Shown: piece after piece, positions 11,801 to 23,020 of the stretch | Layout: each line of letters begins with the position of its first letter | Position numbering within the stretch: the first letter of the stretch is position 1 | Assembly (NCBI GenBank): GCA_951406725.2 | Contig: OX597817.1 | Location: 152,272,001-152,336,000 of the forward strand | DNA: 64,000 bases | From: Octopus vulgaris | Taxonomy: Eukaryota | Direction: 5' to 3' | The notes under the pieces: generated by a model | What the model was told of the DNA's origin: nothing | What the model saw: only the letters and a program-made list of their open reading frames with translations | Database searches by the model: none | Made by a program: the position numbers and the translations under genes

Positions 11801-13019
11801 TAATTTTGAAAACAGAGTTGAAGAGCAGACAACCTCAATGAACAGAAAAAGTAAATAGAAAAATGGTGGTTCAATAAAGAAAACAAACAAATAAGCATTT
11901 TTTTTATAAAATAGATTTACTTCTATTTTCTCTTTTATTTACAAATCACGCTTTAAACATAAAATTAATTTTCAAATGTTTAAACTATACAACTGCATGA
12001 TTCTTGTATAAAAAAAAAAAAAAGAAAAGAAAAACCAAAAACAACATATTTGTAAAACCATTTCTAAATGCATGCACAAAGGGATAATATATTTGAAAAT
12101 TTTATTCTTTTTCTAAAAAAACAAAGTTCAAAGATGGTAACACATCAAATGAGAGTTACTTAAAATTTCACAAGTCTCTAAATCAAAGTTCTGTGGTCAA
12201 AAGAGAAATAAATTAATAAAATAAAATCTATTTGACTTAATGATCAATTTATGATATGGCAAATTGTTTTCTTTGAAAATTATAAATTGTATGGTCAAGA
12301 ATTTATAAAGTATGATATCATGATACCCCATACGATAAATCAAAATGAAACAAAAATACATTTCTAAATTGTAAGGAAACAAAGTTGTCTTTTAAGATTA
12401 CAACTTACAGCCAAACAATTCTTTTCTCTTCAATAATTGTAAGTACTTTATTATTGGAAAATTTTAACTTAACATACAACAATCATATACCTGATACATA
12501 AGTATCGCAGCCTACCTCCCGGATATAAAAAGAATCCTTTTATATCATAAAATTCAGCACCCATTATTAAGTCATCTATTTTCCTGCTCTTTTTCACCAG
12601 CTCATTTCTAAAGCTCGAGTGGGAGTTTCGTTTCCTTATCCCATCTGTATACTTAACACTCTTAATACAAACTCCACTCAGACCATCCCATCTCCTTGCT
12701 TTTATAATACAAATTTCCTGTTGAAAGTGATCGACATTAACACATTTGCAAACATTGGATTAATAATTCATAAAATTATTCTTACTAGGATTTTCATTGT
12801 TTTTTAAATAAAGGTAGTGCATTTCAATGGTTGGGCACACCATTGGTTATGGAAATGAGTGTTCCATTTGATTTGATCAATGGAACAGCCTGATCATGAA
12901 ATTAACATGCAAGGAGCTGAGCACTCTACAGACACACATACCCTTCACGTAGTTTTCAGGGAGATCCAGCATGCCCTTATGATGGAGCACTGCCACACTA
13001 CCATAGTAATATAAGATTT

Positions 13020-13625
13020 TGCCAATCAGGTGGATTGGACAAAGAAGGTTAGTAGAATACTCTTCACGCTCACTGGACTTCACACCACTAGATTTTTTTT
13101 CTATGGAGATACTTAAATGATAAAGTTTATGGCACAAAACCAGTGTAGTGACGCTATTTTGGAAGTTTTCAGCGTGCATGCGCAGAGTTGGATTACTTCT
13201 GGTAGGCCGCTGGAAGTTCCCTCATGTGCATGCACAGAGAACTGCCAACGGAAAGTTTTCCCGCTAGATCGGTCTTTTTTGAAGCTGCAGCCCTATCGAG
13301 TGGACACGATTCAACCTTCTCTCAAGGAAAACCCAACACGTAGAGAAGCCCACTTCTACGTGGGAACAGAGACAGCATTTTGGCTCACACAAGTTAACTA
13401 TTGTGAATAGTTTTATAGACTTAGCTATCAGTCCGCCCTGAAGAAAATATATGTATATATATTTTATTTGCGAATCCAGACCAAAATAAAGTATTATTTA
13501 CTGTTGGTGAAGATAGTCGAAGTTTTGGTTTTCCTTTCGACACGATTGAATGTGACAGGATAAGACCGAGACCCCTCAAGTGTTCCTGAGACCTTCATCC
13601 TGTTACACCAGCAACCACTGAATGT
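13020..13625 (+). pseudogene. Tc1/mariner-superfamily transposase C-terminal relic, split by the solo LTR
   Basis: Translates WIGQRRLVEYSSRSLDFTPLDFF/LWRYLNDKVYGTKP|ATTE, similar to the WPPRSPDLTPLDFFLWGYLK motif. Confidence 0.7.
13144..13607 (+). mobile_element. Solo LTR (probably Ty3/Gypsy)
   Basis: TGTA...TACA termini, 4-bp TSD CCAG (13140-43 and 13608-11), internal AATAAA near 13485. Confidence 0.8.
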
Positions 13626-14149
13626 AAGGGTAGCTATTCAATGGGAATGCACACAAATACTGAGCAAAATATTTCTTGACATTTGCAATAAAACAATAGA
13701 AGACTGATGACTGATTTGTTGGCTAAGGTACTGAGGTCAATTCTACTGCAGAATACAATAACCTTTGGCAAACTATCTTGTGTGTTACTTTTCTTTAATC
13801 TGCTTAACACTTTCAAAACTGAAGATAAACACCAGCCTGTGGACTGAGAAAATTCACAAGAAATAATCATAACAAATTAATTTTGTCTCAAGGCCACAAA
13901 TTGTAGGAGAAACTACCCCAATATATGACTGATGTTTATTTTATTGGTACTTTGATTTATGAGAAGAAAAGTAATTCCTTAAATAGATTTGTATTTTTAA
14001 ATATTTAAAAGGTTATACATGTTACAAATTAGAATGGAAAGAAGATACAATCACATCATGAATTCATAATCACATCAACTTCACCATGGTGACATCCAAC
14101 CCTTCAGCACAGAGAAAAATGGACGGAAAACTGTACAATTTGTTTTAAT

Positions 14150-14885
14150 ATTTTTTATGAAATGTAACGTGTTTTGAATGGCACAACAATGGACTATAAT
14201 AACTGTTTAAATAATTTAATTAATAAATAATTTAATTATTCATAGTAATAATAATAATGAAATTATTGTATACACTGCTCTGGTGCACCACAACTTGTCA
14301 AAAGTGCGTATAAAGTATAAGCAGTAATGTACAAATGTTTGGAAAGCGAACAGTGTATGAGTTAGATACATGCTTGTGTGTGTATGGAGGGGAGAAAATC
14401 AGGTGTAGTGTTGACGAATCTCAGGAAGCATGGAAGTTTTGAAGGATGCAGTGCTCCGACAACTAACAACTGATGCCGGCAGTTTGTTCCATACTTCAGC
14501 AACTCTTAGCATGAAAAAATGTTTCCGAAAGTCATGGGAGCTGCGCTGTTTTCTGACTTTGTAAACATGTCCACGGGTGTTAGACAGGTGGAGTTTGAAA
14601 AGGTGCTCAGAGTTATTGTTTGTAAGATGGTTAATAATTTTATGGGTGTCTGCCAAGTCAGCTGCCAGACATCGGAGTTTCAATGTGTCCATGTCCAGGG
14701 AAGTAATATAATATTTTGGGATATAAAAATTCCTTCTTCAGATATTGCTAGGAATATCTGAAGGAATTTTTCTATTCCGAAATGTTATATTAGACTATGA
14801 ATAATTAAATTATTTATAATGGTTATTATAGTTCACTTTGCATTGTTGTGCCATTCGAGACACGTTACATTTCACAGAAAATACA
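14150..14885. mobile_element. Fold-back element of probable Penelope-like origin with two degenerate head-to-head hammerhead motifs, interrupted by a CR1 fragment
   Basis: Arms 14150-14247 plus 14705-14746 are the reverse complement of 14753-14885. CTGAAGAAGGAA...TTCCGAAA(C/T)GTT motif. Another copy lies at 51590-51667/52062-52260. Confidence 0.55.
14247..14702 (-). mobile_element. CR1-type LINE 3' fragment with (TAA)n tail
   Basis: ORF 14399..14692 contains TRGHVYKV...FRKHFFMLRVAEVWNKLP, the CR1 ORF2 C-terminus. Related copies at ~29340-29610(+) and ~44860-45160(+). Confidence 0.8.
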
Positions 14886-16158
14886 CAAGGCTTCCAGTGA
14901 ACTACAATGCCCTCTTATCATTATTTTTTGTATTTCAAGGGACTAATTTGGAATTAATTTGAAATTTCCCTTTGAGTCAGTGGTGAATCATATAATAAAT
15001 GTAAAAAACGTTCCCACCTCTCAACAAAAACCATCTAACTCAGATTTTTCTCCTTTATATATATATACATATCAACAAAATAAGTCTTGAAATAATCCAA
15101 TATAATCACTATACAATACATTTTGTTCTTTTTTTTTTTCTTGAGAATGACTAAATTTATATATAATATATATTTAGTTTTATTTGTTTAAGGTTCACAT
15201 ACTCCATATGTACTCAGAGTTTCATATGGAGAGAAACATTTGACTGTATATGAATAAATAAACCCTACATGTACTGAGTAATCTTTTTTCTCATTTGCAT
15301 TGCTAAATACGCACACACACACACACAATAGTGTAGGATAAGTATATTAATCATGAGAAAATTTTCGGATAGAAATTTTTGCATTTTCTTAATGCATTAC
15401 TACACATGTTTCTGTATAACATGTGTTTGTGACTACATTCTTACATCCATAGGATATTATTAAATATAATATCCCTTGGGTGTGTCTTCCCAAACACAGC
15501 AAACTACTGGGAGTCTCGGTCCCCTGTCATCCACTTTGTAGATCCTTTCTCACCACTTTGTTCCACGTTTTCCTGGGTCTACCCCTTCCACATGTTCCCT
15601 TTACAATTAAAGATTGGCACCTCTTGATGCAACTGTCTTCATTCATATGCATCGCACGACCATACCAGTGCAGTTGTCTCTCTTGCACATTACATCTGAT
15701 GCCTCATATGCCCAGTTTTTGTCTCAAATCACTTATACTCTGTCATATATGCACACTGACGTTACACATCCAGTGGAGCATACTGAATTCATTTCTTTCA
15801 TGCCTTTGCATATCCTCAGTGCTCATAACTCATGTCTCACTGCCATACAATCTGCCTTTCACTCTGTGGGAGAGGCCCTTCATTATGAACAGAGATAGTC
15901 GCTCTCTTAACTTCACCCAGCCTATTCTTATTCATGCAGCTATGTTTTCAGAACAATCTCCTCCACTACTAACATGGTCACCTAAGTAACAGAAATTGTC
16001 TGCTACTTCTAAGGATACCCCATGGCATTTGGGGAAGTCTATTTTTTTGTACATTCCTGGTGTTTAATGTACCAGTACAGCTGTCACATGTAAAGACTAC
16101 TTTCTATGTTAGTCTTCTAGTGATACCATTGCACCTCTTATGCATACTCCATATGGAA

Positions 16159-16778
16159 TCTGTATATATAAAAGGCAGGATGTGTGTGTGTACGTGAATG
16201 TAATTTATGCACGTCCACAAATTAGCACGCATGTCACTCCAATTTTAGGAGGATATTCGTCATGAGCCTAGCTGTATTTTAGTCAACTTATTTTTACCAG
16301 AAGCACCAGCGAATACCTGTAAAAATAAATTTTCAACCAAAACTTTTAACAATTTTCAAGTAGGAGAAATCACCATTGTTTGCAAACAGGAGTTAAGTCC
16401 CCTTCTAGTGACGAGTAAGTTTTTTTAAGACTTTTGTTGTTTTTTTTCCATCAAAGAAAAAAGTGTTTTGTTGATATACGGGCAACACACACACACGAAC
16501 ATGTATGAGTACAAAAGATGTATGCAATAGGTGTACGTACGTACGTGTGTGTGTTGCCCATATATATATACATATATATAACCGTCCAACCCATGCTAGC
16601 ATGGAAAACGGACGCTAAACGATGATGATGATGATGATGATGTATGTATGTATAAACTAATTTCAACAGATTTCATCCAAATTTGATGTCGATGTTACTT
16701 AGTTTGGTTTGAAATAAAGAACTCGATTAGCTTAATAATCCTAACTTGATCCCGGGCAAAGCCGGGTTATACTGCTAG
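16159..16778 (+). mobile_element. Non-autonomous Helitron with an internal RTE tail insertion (16581-16642)
   Basis: 5' TC, 3' CTAG, subterminal hairpin CCCGGgcaaagCCGGG, inserted between A and T. Confidence 0.8.
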
Positions 16779-17940
16779 TACACAATATGGAGTTTCCCCC
16801 AACCCCTTTGCTACATACCAAGCTGTACCATCTCCCTGAAGGGATCTGTGATTTGTCTATTTTCCTACTGATCAAGACTTTGGTATTTGCTAAATTAATT
16901 CTAAGACCCTCTGATTCCAGTTTGTACTTCCATACTTTAAATTTTTTCTCTAGTTCTGGTCGTGATTTAGCAATAAGAACAAAGTCATCTGCATAGAGGA
17001 GCTCCCAAGGGCAGCCAGTCTAAAAATTCTTCAGTTATAATTGGAAGACTATGATAAACAAGAGAGGGCTAAGAACCAAACCCTGGTGGACTCCTACTTG
17101 TACACTAAACTCTGTTATACTCATCAGCAACTCTCACATTACCGACAACATCCTTATACATGGCTTGCACAACTCTCACCAACCACTCATCTATCCCTAG
17201 CTTCCGCATTGCCCACCAGATAAGAGAGGGACCCTGTCAAAGGCTTTCTCCATGTCAACAAAAGCCAGATACAGAGGTTTATTCTGGGCCAAGTATTTCT
17301 CTTGAATTTGCTTCACCAGGAAGACAGCATAGGTGATGCTTCTCCCTGGCACAAATCCAAACTGCATCTCATCTATGCTAACTCTCTTCCTAATTAATTG
17401 AGCAATGACCCTTTCTGCAACTTTCATCACCTGGTCCAGCAATTTGATGCCACTATAATTATTTCTGTCTAAGGCATCACCCTTGCCTTTGTAGCAGTTG
17501 ACTATGGTGTTGTTACACCAATCACCGGGTATGACTCCCTCATAGTTGACCTGATTACCTATATGAGTGACCAGGTCATATCCCACTCCACCAGATTTTT
17601 TAAGCATCCCAGCAGTAATTCCTGATGGGCCAGAGGCTTTCCCTGTCTTCATATCCTTGTTTTATCAATTAAGCTAGTTAATGTTGGGTCCACATTAGGC
17701 AGGCTCTCCTTTTCCCATACATTCTTTACATTTAGCAACTCTCATAGTGGCACTTCCAAGCCTCCTTCTTTGCAGGATCACTAGCAGCAAGTGAGCCATC
17801 ATCCATGCAAACACATTTCTCTTCTACCATGTCATAATTTTCTCTTATACACTGTCATGCAATCTGAAACATTTCAAGCCCCTGGTCCTCACGTCACAGA
17901 ACATTGACAAACTTCCACCTATCTGCTTCTCCCCTGACTA

Positions 17941-18300
17941 TCATCATCATCATTGTTTGACCGTGGTCGAGACAATGGAATTTACTATGTTACGCCAGAC
18001 TTCAAGGCCCATCATAGCATTACGGAGGTCCTGTTGCTGGATACCTGTATCCCTGGAGATTACATCAGGGTAGGAGAGTATGCGCCCTCTGGTATCGTGA
18101 GCAGATGGCTTCCAGAGGAGAAGAGTAGAAATTATCTCGTTTTCAGCTCTACAACAATGTCCAGCAAACTGGACTCTTCTACCTTTCACAAGAGATGATA
18201 CAGGTGGTATATATTTGTACTTTGGTTGGATGACGCTTCCACGAGAGATTTTGAACTCTCATATGGAGGTGAGTGTAAGTTCCATCCAACCGCCTCTCAT
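17941..18300 (-). mobile_element. 3' fragment of a second RTE-like LINE inserted in the old RTE
   Basis: ORF 17950..18189 (RRVQFAGHC...LLLWKP...WRNIV), (GAT)n tail, 11-bp TSD TCCCCTGACTA on both sides. Confidence 0.75.
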
Positions 18301-18819
18301 TCCCCTGACTAGGTATACCTGTCTCCTAACCTCCCTCCTAGCAACTTGATATATTTCTCTACTACCACCATTCTTTCAGTCCTGTTCCTTCACTCTAACA
18401 GCTTGTCTACAACATCGTTCTATCACCACGTCACCCTGGGTCAGGTTGGGACTTTGCACCAGTCACAGATTTGGTCTGTGGCACTCAGCAAGCTGTCCTG
18501 CAGAAACTCCCAGTTGCCCTCTATGTTACAAGACTGTAGTTCCTCCTCATTCTCATTAGATTTCTCACTTAGGGTGTCCTATGATGGGCTTCTTTTCAGT
18601 TTCTGTCTACAAAATCCATTCACATGACTTTGGGTCACCTGAGACTATAGTAGAAGACACTTGCCTAAGGTGCCATAACATCTATTTCCCATGCTGGTAT
18701 GGATTAAAGACAGTCTGACAGGAGCTGGTAAGCTAGAGTACTGCGTCAAGCTCTATCTGCATTGGCATGGCTTTTATGCCCTTCCTAACACCAATATATA
18801 TATATATATATATATATAG

Positions 18820-19146
18820 TGAAGGTGCGTGGCTTAGTGGTTAGGGCATTTGGCTCACAATCGTAAGGTCGTGAGTTCAATTCCCGGCGACGTGTTGTGT
18901 CCTTGAGCAAGACACTATATTTTACGTTGCTCCAGTTCACTCAGCTGGTAAGAATGAGTAGTACCTGTATTTCAAAAAAAGGCCAGCCTTGTCACAATCT
19001 GTGTCATGCTGAATCTCCCTGAGAACTACGTTAAGGGTACAAGTGTTCGTCGAGTGCTCAGCCACTTGCACATTAATTTCACGAGCAAGCTGTTCCATTG
19101 ATCGTATCAGCTGGGACCCTCATTGTTGTAAAGGACAGAGTGCTCC
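18820..19146 (+). mobile_element. tRNA-derived SINE family 3
   Basis: Head TGGCTTAGTGGTTAG...GAGTTCAATTCCC, core GTGTCCTTGAGCAAGACAC. Copies at ~720-1035(-), 12840-12985(-), 30815-31090(+), 46880-47035(-). Confidence 0.78.
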
Positions 19147-19158
19147 ATATATATATAT

Positions 19159-19203
<45 letters not shown>

Positions 19204-19286
19204 TCTATATATATAAATGCAAGTACATTTCGTTTTACAAATGGATGGAAGAAAACTCAATACACAAAGCAGAATATACATAATCT

Positions 19287-19292
19287 TTTATT
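19287..19292 (-). promoter_or_regulatory. Candidate poly(A) signal AATAAA of CFAP20DC
   Basis: TTTATT on + strand, ~450 nt downstream of the stop codon. Lies in the arm of a hairpin. Confidence 0.35.
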
Positions 19293-19739
19293 AGCTGATA
19301 ATACTACAGGAGTTACTGAAGAGCCTAGAGTTTTTGTGCCAAGGTATTTTTGACAATTGGTTTGATAAGAGCCTTGACACAAAACTCTAGACCCTTGAGT
19401 AACTCCTGTAGTACTACAGTATTATCAGCTAATAAAAAACTAAATATATATGTATGTAAGTAAGCATATACATCAATAAATTGATAATGAAAGATATATA
19501 AAACAGTAATTTGTACATCTTGGGACAATGATATATCACAGATAAATTAAACCCCAAATTACAGGTTAATAAAATACATGTATGCATACATATGTAAGTA
19601 TATGTGTGTGGTGAAATTTGTAAAAAAAGTAACTGTGAACATACGCGCACACACACACACACACACATACATATGCGCACACACACACATACACGTAATG
19701 CCCCAAGACACGTTGTCTACTTTATAAAATCCTCCATTA

Positions 19740-19885
19740 TCATTTGAGTTCATAATATTTGTTTGTCTTGGGGTCATAGTAATAACCTAGAACAGGATCA
19801 TATAACAAGTCCAGTTCTTCCTCGTTGCATTTATTGTTGGAATCAAATTTGCAACTGGTTCTTGGGAAATTCATCTGGCATTGAT
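19740..19885 (-). CDS. CFAP20DC: CFAP20DC terminal coding exon (NQCQMNFPRTSCKFDSNNKCNEEELDLLYDPVLGYYYDPKTNKYYELK*)
   Basis: aacag acceptor, TGA at 19742-19740. C-terminus matches human [22 protein letters not shown]. Confidence 0.93.
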
Positions 19886-21759
19886 CTGTTAAGAGAGAAA
19901 AACAAATTATTGTTTAAAAATACATCAATATTTGTTGTTTACAATCTTCCCTGGCATGATCTGTTGATAAAAGAAAATGGAAATATGCCGGATCAAGAGG
20001 ACCTTTTAGCCTAATCAAGGGCATAAACACATGCCACCGGCACAGGTGCCAGGGGAGGCTGGCAGCGGCAACGATCAGTTGGTGCTTTTTATGTGCCACT
20101 GGCACAGAAGCCAGTCAAAGCGGCACTGGCATCGGACACGTTCGGATGGTGCATTTTACGTGCCACCGGCACAGGTATCACAACTACAATCAAATGGAAA
20201 TTGTAGTTGTGATACCTGTGCCAGTGGCACGTAAAAAGCACCATCCATACGTGGCTGATGCCAGCACTGCTTTGACTGGCTTCTGTGCCGGTGACATGTA
20301 AAAAGCACCAACCGATCGTGGCCACTACCAACCTCCCCTGGTACCTGTGCCGGTGGCAAGTAAAAGCACCCACTACACTCACGGAGTGGTTGGTGTTAGG
20401 AAGGGCATCCAGTTGTAAAAACACTGCCAGATCAAACTGGAGCCTGGTGCAGCCCCCTGGCTTCCCAGACCCCAGTCGAACTGTCCAACCCGTGCTAGCA
20501 TGGAAAACGGATGTTCAACGATGATGATGATGATGATGACAACATACGGTCAAGAAGAGACAACCTCTCCAGTGCTGGAGCTTTGAAAAATACATCCTGT
20601 ATGCTCTGTAAAGAAGTTGGTGTTAGGAAGGACATTTAGCTACAGAGGCCATACCAAAACAGATGTCTGCGCAAGATATGGTCCTCCAATCTATTGATGA
20701 TGTCACTATTGGCTTTTGGAACTTCACCTGTCACCACCACCTATTTTTGCTATGTCCGCCTCTGCTACTGACTGTCACTCCCTTCTCATCTCCACCCCAA
20801 TAACTCTGTCTCTACCATGCTATTTCTATCCCTTTCATCCACCCCATCTCTTGATCACATTACCTAAGCAAAAGTACACATCTTAGGTTGCTGAGTACCT
20901 TCTATACATATAGAGTACAAAGTACCTACCCTCTTATGCTGGTACCATGTTGGAAAACTGTCCAATCACCATCACCCCTGCAAACTAGAGTGTTTGGTGA
21001 GCAAGCAGAGGTAAAATAAGGCAGAGATGTTCCTTAGTCCTGTTTCACTAAGGACTTGGCAACCTCTTTAGTGCTGGTATTTTGAAAAATACACCCAGTG
21101 TACACTATGAAGTGAATGGCAAATGAGCAAAGAAAGCATAGGGTTGTAAGATTCCTTCAGTCCTGTCTTATTGAGAATTTATCAACTTCTCTAGTGCTGG
21201 TGCCACAAGAAAATGCCCCTAGCATACTTTGCAGAGTGACTGACAATAAAAAGGACGTCCAGCTATAAAAACCAAGCCAAAATAACACATGTAAGCAGCA
21301 GTCTATAAGAGCAGTAGTTCTCAGTAAGAAAGATCTCAGATCATAATAACCTAGGCACAGGAGTGGCTGTGTGGTAAGTAGCTTGCTAACCAACGATATG
21401 GTTCCGGGTTCAGTCCACTGCGTGGCACCTTGGGCAAGTGTCTTCTACTATAGCCTTGGGCCGACCAAAGCCTTGTGTGTAGATTTGGTAGATGGAAACT
21501 GAAAGAAGCCTGTCGTACATATGTATATGTATATATATGTGTTTGTGTGTCTGTGTTTGTCCCCCCAATATCACTTGACAGCTGATGCTGGTGTGTTAAT
21601 GTCTCCGTAACCACATGGTTCTGGGTTCAGTCCCACTGCATGGCACCTTGGGCAAGTGTCTTCTACTATAGCCTTGGGCCGACCAAAGCCTTGTGAGTGG
21701 ATTTGGTAGACAGAAACTGAAAGAAGCCCATCGTATATATATATATATCGTATCGAATC

Positions 21760-22262
21760 AAATCGAACCAAATCAAAATAGATGAACATCAATGGAATTT
21801 GTATCCTTGTGGTACCAGTGCCGGTGGCACATAAGAAAACCATCCGAACGTGACCGTAGCCAGTACCGCAATGACTGGCCTCCGTGCTGAGGGCACGTAG
21901 CAAACACCATCCGAGCGTGGCCGTCCGCCAGCCTCGTCTGGCACCTGTGTCGGTGACACATAAGAAAACACCATCCGAGCGTGGCCGTCTGCCAGCCTCG
22001 TCTGGCACCTGTGTCGGTGGCACATAAAACACCATCCGAGCGTGGCCGTCTGCCAGCCTCGTCTGGCACCTGTGTCGGTGGCACATAAAATCACCCACTA
22101 CACTCTCGGAGTGGTTGGCGTTAGGAAGGGCATCCAGCTGTAGAAACACTGCCACATCTGACTGGCCTGGTGCAGCCTTCGGGCTTCCCAGACCCCAGTT
22201 GAACCGTCCAACCCATGCTAGCATGGAAAGCGGACGTTAAACGATGATGATGATGATGATGA
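21760..22262 (+). mobile_element. RTE 3'-UTR fragment with hairpin-unit array, inserted in a SINE
   Basis: Homologous to the 3' UTR of 54045-54565, (GAT)n tail. Other copies at about 328-640(-), 5260-5773(+), 11191-11465(-), 20190-20540(+), 24470-25090(+), 42100-42425(-), 48065-48310(+), 49260-49580(+), 50065-50500(-), 50490-50985(+), 51668-52062(+), 52660-53157(+), 58447-58895(-). Confidence 0.85.
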
Positions 22263-22516
22263 TATATATATATATATATATGTTTGTGTATGTGTGTGTG
22301 TATATGTTTGTCCCCCCAACATCGTTTGACAACCGATGCTGGTGTGTTTACGTCCTTGTAACTTAGCAGTTCGGCAAAACAGACTAATAGAATAAGTACT
22401 AGGCTTACAAAGAATAAGTCCTGGGGTCGATTTGCTCGATTAAAGGTGGTGCTCCAGCATGGTCGCAGTCAAATGACTGAAACAAGTAAAAGAGTAAAAG
22501 AGTATTCAATTCATGT

Positions 22517-23020
22517 TATCATCATCATCGTTTAACGTCCGCTTTCCATGCTAGCATGGGTCGGACGGTTCAACTGGGGTCTGGCAAGCCCGAAGGCTGC
22601 ACCAGGCCAGTCAGATCTGGCAGTGTTTCTATAGCTGGATGCCCTTCCTAACGCCAACCACTCCGAGAGTGTAGTGGGTGATTTTATGTGCCACCGACAC
22701 AGGTGCCAGTCGAGGCTGGCAGACGGTCACGCTCGGATGGTGTTTTTTATGTGCCACCGACACAGGTGCCAGACAAGGCTGGCAGACGGCCACGCTCGGA
22801 TGGTGCTTTTTATGTGCCACCGACACAGGTGCCAGACGAGGCTGGCAGACGGCCACGCTCGGATATGGTGTTTTCTTATGTGCCACCGACACAGGTGCCA
22901 GACGAGGCTGGCGAACGGCTACGATCGGATGGTGTTTGTTACGTGCCCACAGCACGGAGGCCAGTCGATGCGGTACTGGCTACGGTCGGTACTGGCTACG
23001 GTCCGGTACTGGCTACGGTT
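22517..23020 (-). mobile_element. RTE 3'-UTR fragment, inverted partner of 21760-22262
   Basis: Near-identical reverse complement, including the subfamily-specific unit GCCAGCCTCGTCTGGCACCTGTGTCGGTGGCAC. Confidence 0.85.

Larger units (their letters stand above)
15475..18600 (-). mobile_element. Older, degraded RTE LINE copy containing two nested insertions
   Basis: ORF 17197..17652 aligns with the RT of 54987..56297. Flanking sequence is colinear but has stops and frameshifts. Confidence 0.88.

Noticed and set aside
13425-13490. Hammerhead (retrozyme-like) inside the solo LTR: CTGAAGA-AT hairpin-CGAAT
   Set aside because: GAAA is absent (GAAT) and stem I (CCGCC) has no complement.
18823-18890. 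tRNA gene
   Set aside because: tRNA-like A/B boxes are SINE heads that continue into SINE bodies. No complete cloverleaf or terminator.
21780-22100. CRISPR array interpretation of the ~55-nt repeated units
   Set aside because: Eukaryotic context, no cas genes, variable parts only 6-11 nt, and the units are part of the RTE LINE 3' UTR (54045-54565).
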